A stretch of DNA of 63,536 nucleotides, the filler included, from Octopus bimaculoides (taxonomy: Eukaryota), in the NCBI RefSeq assembly GCF_001194135.2. It is 5 parts of 5 records of this genome, joined end to end, with 100 filler letters (N's around TTAATTAATTAA, not from the genome) between each part and the next. Parts side by side here need not be neighbours in the genome. Positions count along the whole stretch, not along the records: positions 56,136 to 63,536 come from NC_068988.1; 4 more parts are not named here. One strand, given 5' to 3'. This document shows, piece after piece, positions 62,841-63,536 of this stretch. Below the pieces are notes generated by a model. It worked only from the letters and a program-made list of their open reading frames with translations. It had not been told where the DNA came from and did not search any database. The position numbers were made by a program, and so were the translations under genes. Position 1 is the stretch's first letter, and every line of letters begins with the position of its first letter.

Positions 62841-63536
62841 ATCTCACTAAAAGAGATATTTCTGTTCGGAAACACCAGAGCAAATAACAAGAAAAACAAC
62901 ACCAATCAAAAGAATAATAAGAGCATTCGTGAATATTTGTACAAAAATTTACCCGCGACTAACATGTAACCGACACGCTTGAGGACACGTGTGCACACAC
63001 AAGCACACAGAAATCCTAAACCTGCATGTTTTCACATAGAATCTAATGAGAGTTTTGAACATTGTTTTCAGTAAATAGGAATATTTTGTTCTATACAAAT
63101 TATTATCCACACAACAAAGTATTCAACACCTGTTCAGATACATCATTTTGCTTGCTAATAATCTAAGTATTCGCAAAGGTATTTTAAAATGCTTAACCGT
63201 TAAACCAAATAAAGCCTCTTAACTACATTATTTCTATTGTTATCGTGCACGGTACATCTAAAACAATTTTATCAGTATTAATGTGAATTTCCTGTCGGGT
63301 TATACTAAAATGCCTGGGGCGTAAACATGGGACTGCCTTGCATAAAAATGTTACAGAGTTTTTGATTGGTTTATGTGGTAATAATATTCAACGGTTTCTA
63401 TTGTGTATTTGTGGATTTATTTTTGTATATTATATACAAGCAGAAACTATATACACATGCGTACATATATGTATGTATGTATGTATGTATTTATTTATTT
63501 GTATATGTATATATATATATATGTATATGTATATAT

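Overview
AT-rich, microsatellite-dense eukaryotic genomic DNA with many N gaps. The repeat content and style suggest an octopus/cephalopod draft scaffold (inference; no search run). I see no intact multi-exon gene. There is one plausible death-domain exon (minus strand, 27353-27534) and two weak candidate exons. The window is dominated by decayed retroelements: R4/Dong, Tx1/L1, RTE and CR1-group LINE fragments, several Penelope-like element (PLE) remnants, two abundant tRNA-derived SINE families (labelled A and B here) and a ~530 bp (AAT)n-embedded repeat (C). The most interesting signal is self-cleaving-ribozyme architecture. (1) A hammerhead whose three strands occur in a non-circularly-permuted order (UH strand, GAAA strand, CUGAUGA strand), implying a pseudoknotted fold, at 13041-13107 with a decayed duplicate. 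(2) A tRNA-headed SINE carrying a complete minimal dimer-type hammerhead and bounded by a perfect 24-bp inverted repeat (30422-30746). (3) Five more minimal hammerhead motifs in PLE-type terminal repeats, some with recurrent core variants. (4) A 221-bp tandem unit with a hammerhead-like core and two HDV-like relics. SINE B also shows a 3' tail shared with a Tx1 LINE in the same window. All structures and alignments were done by eye. Boundaries of decayed elements are approximate, and clade names rest on remembered motifs.
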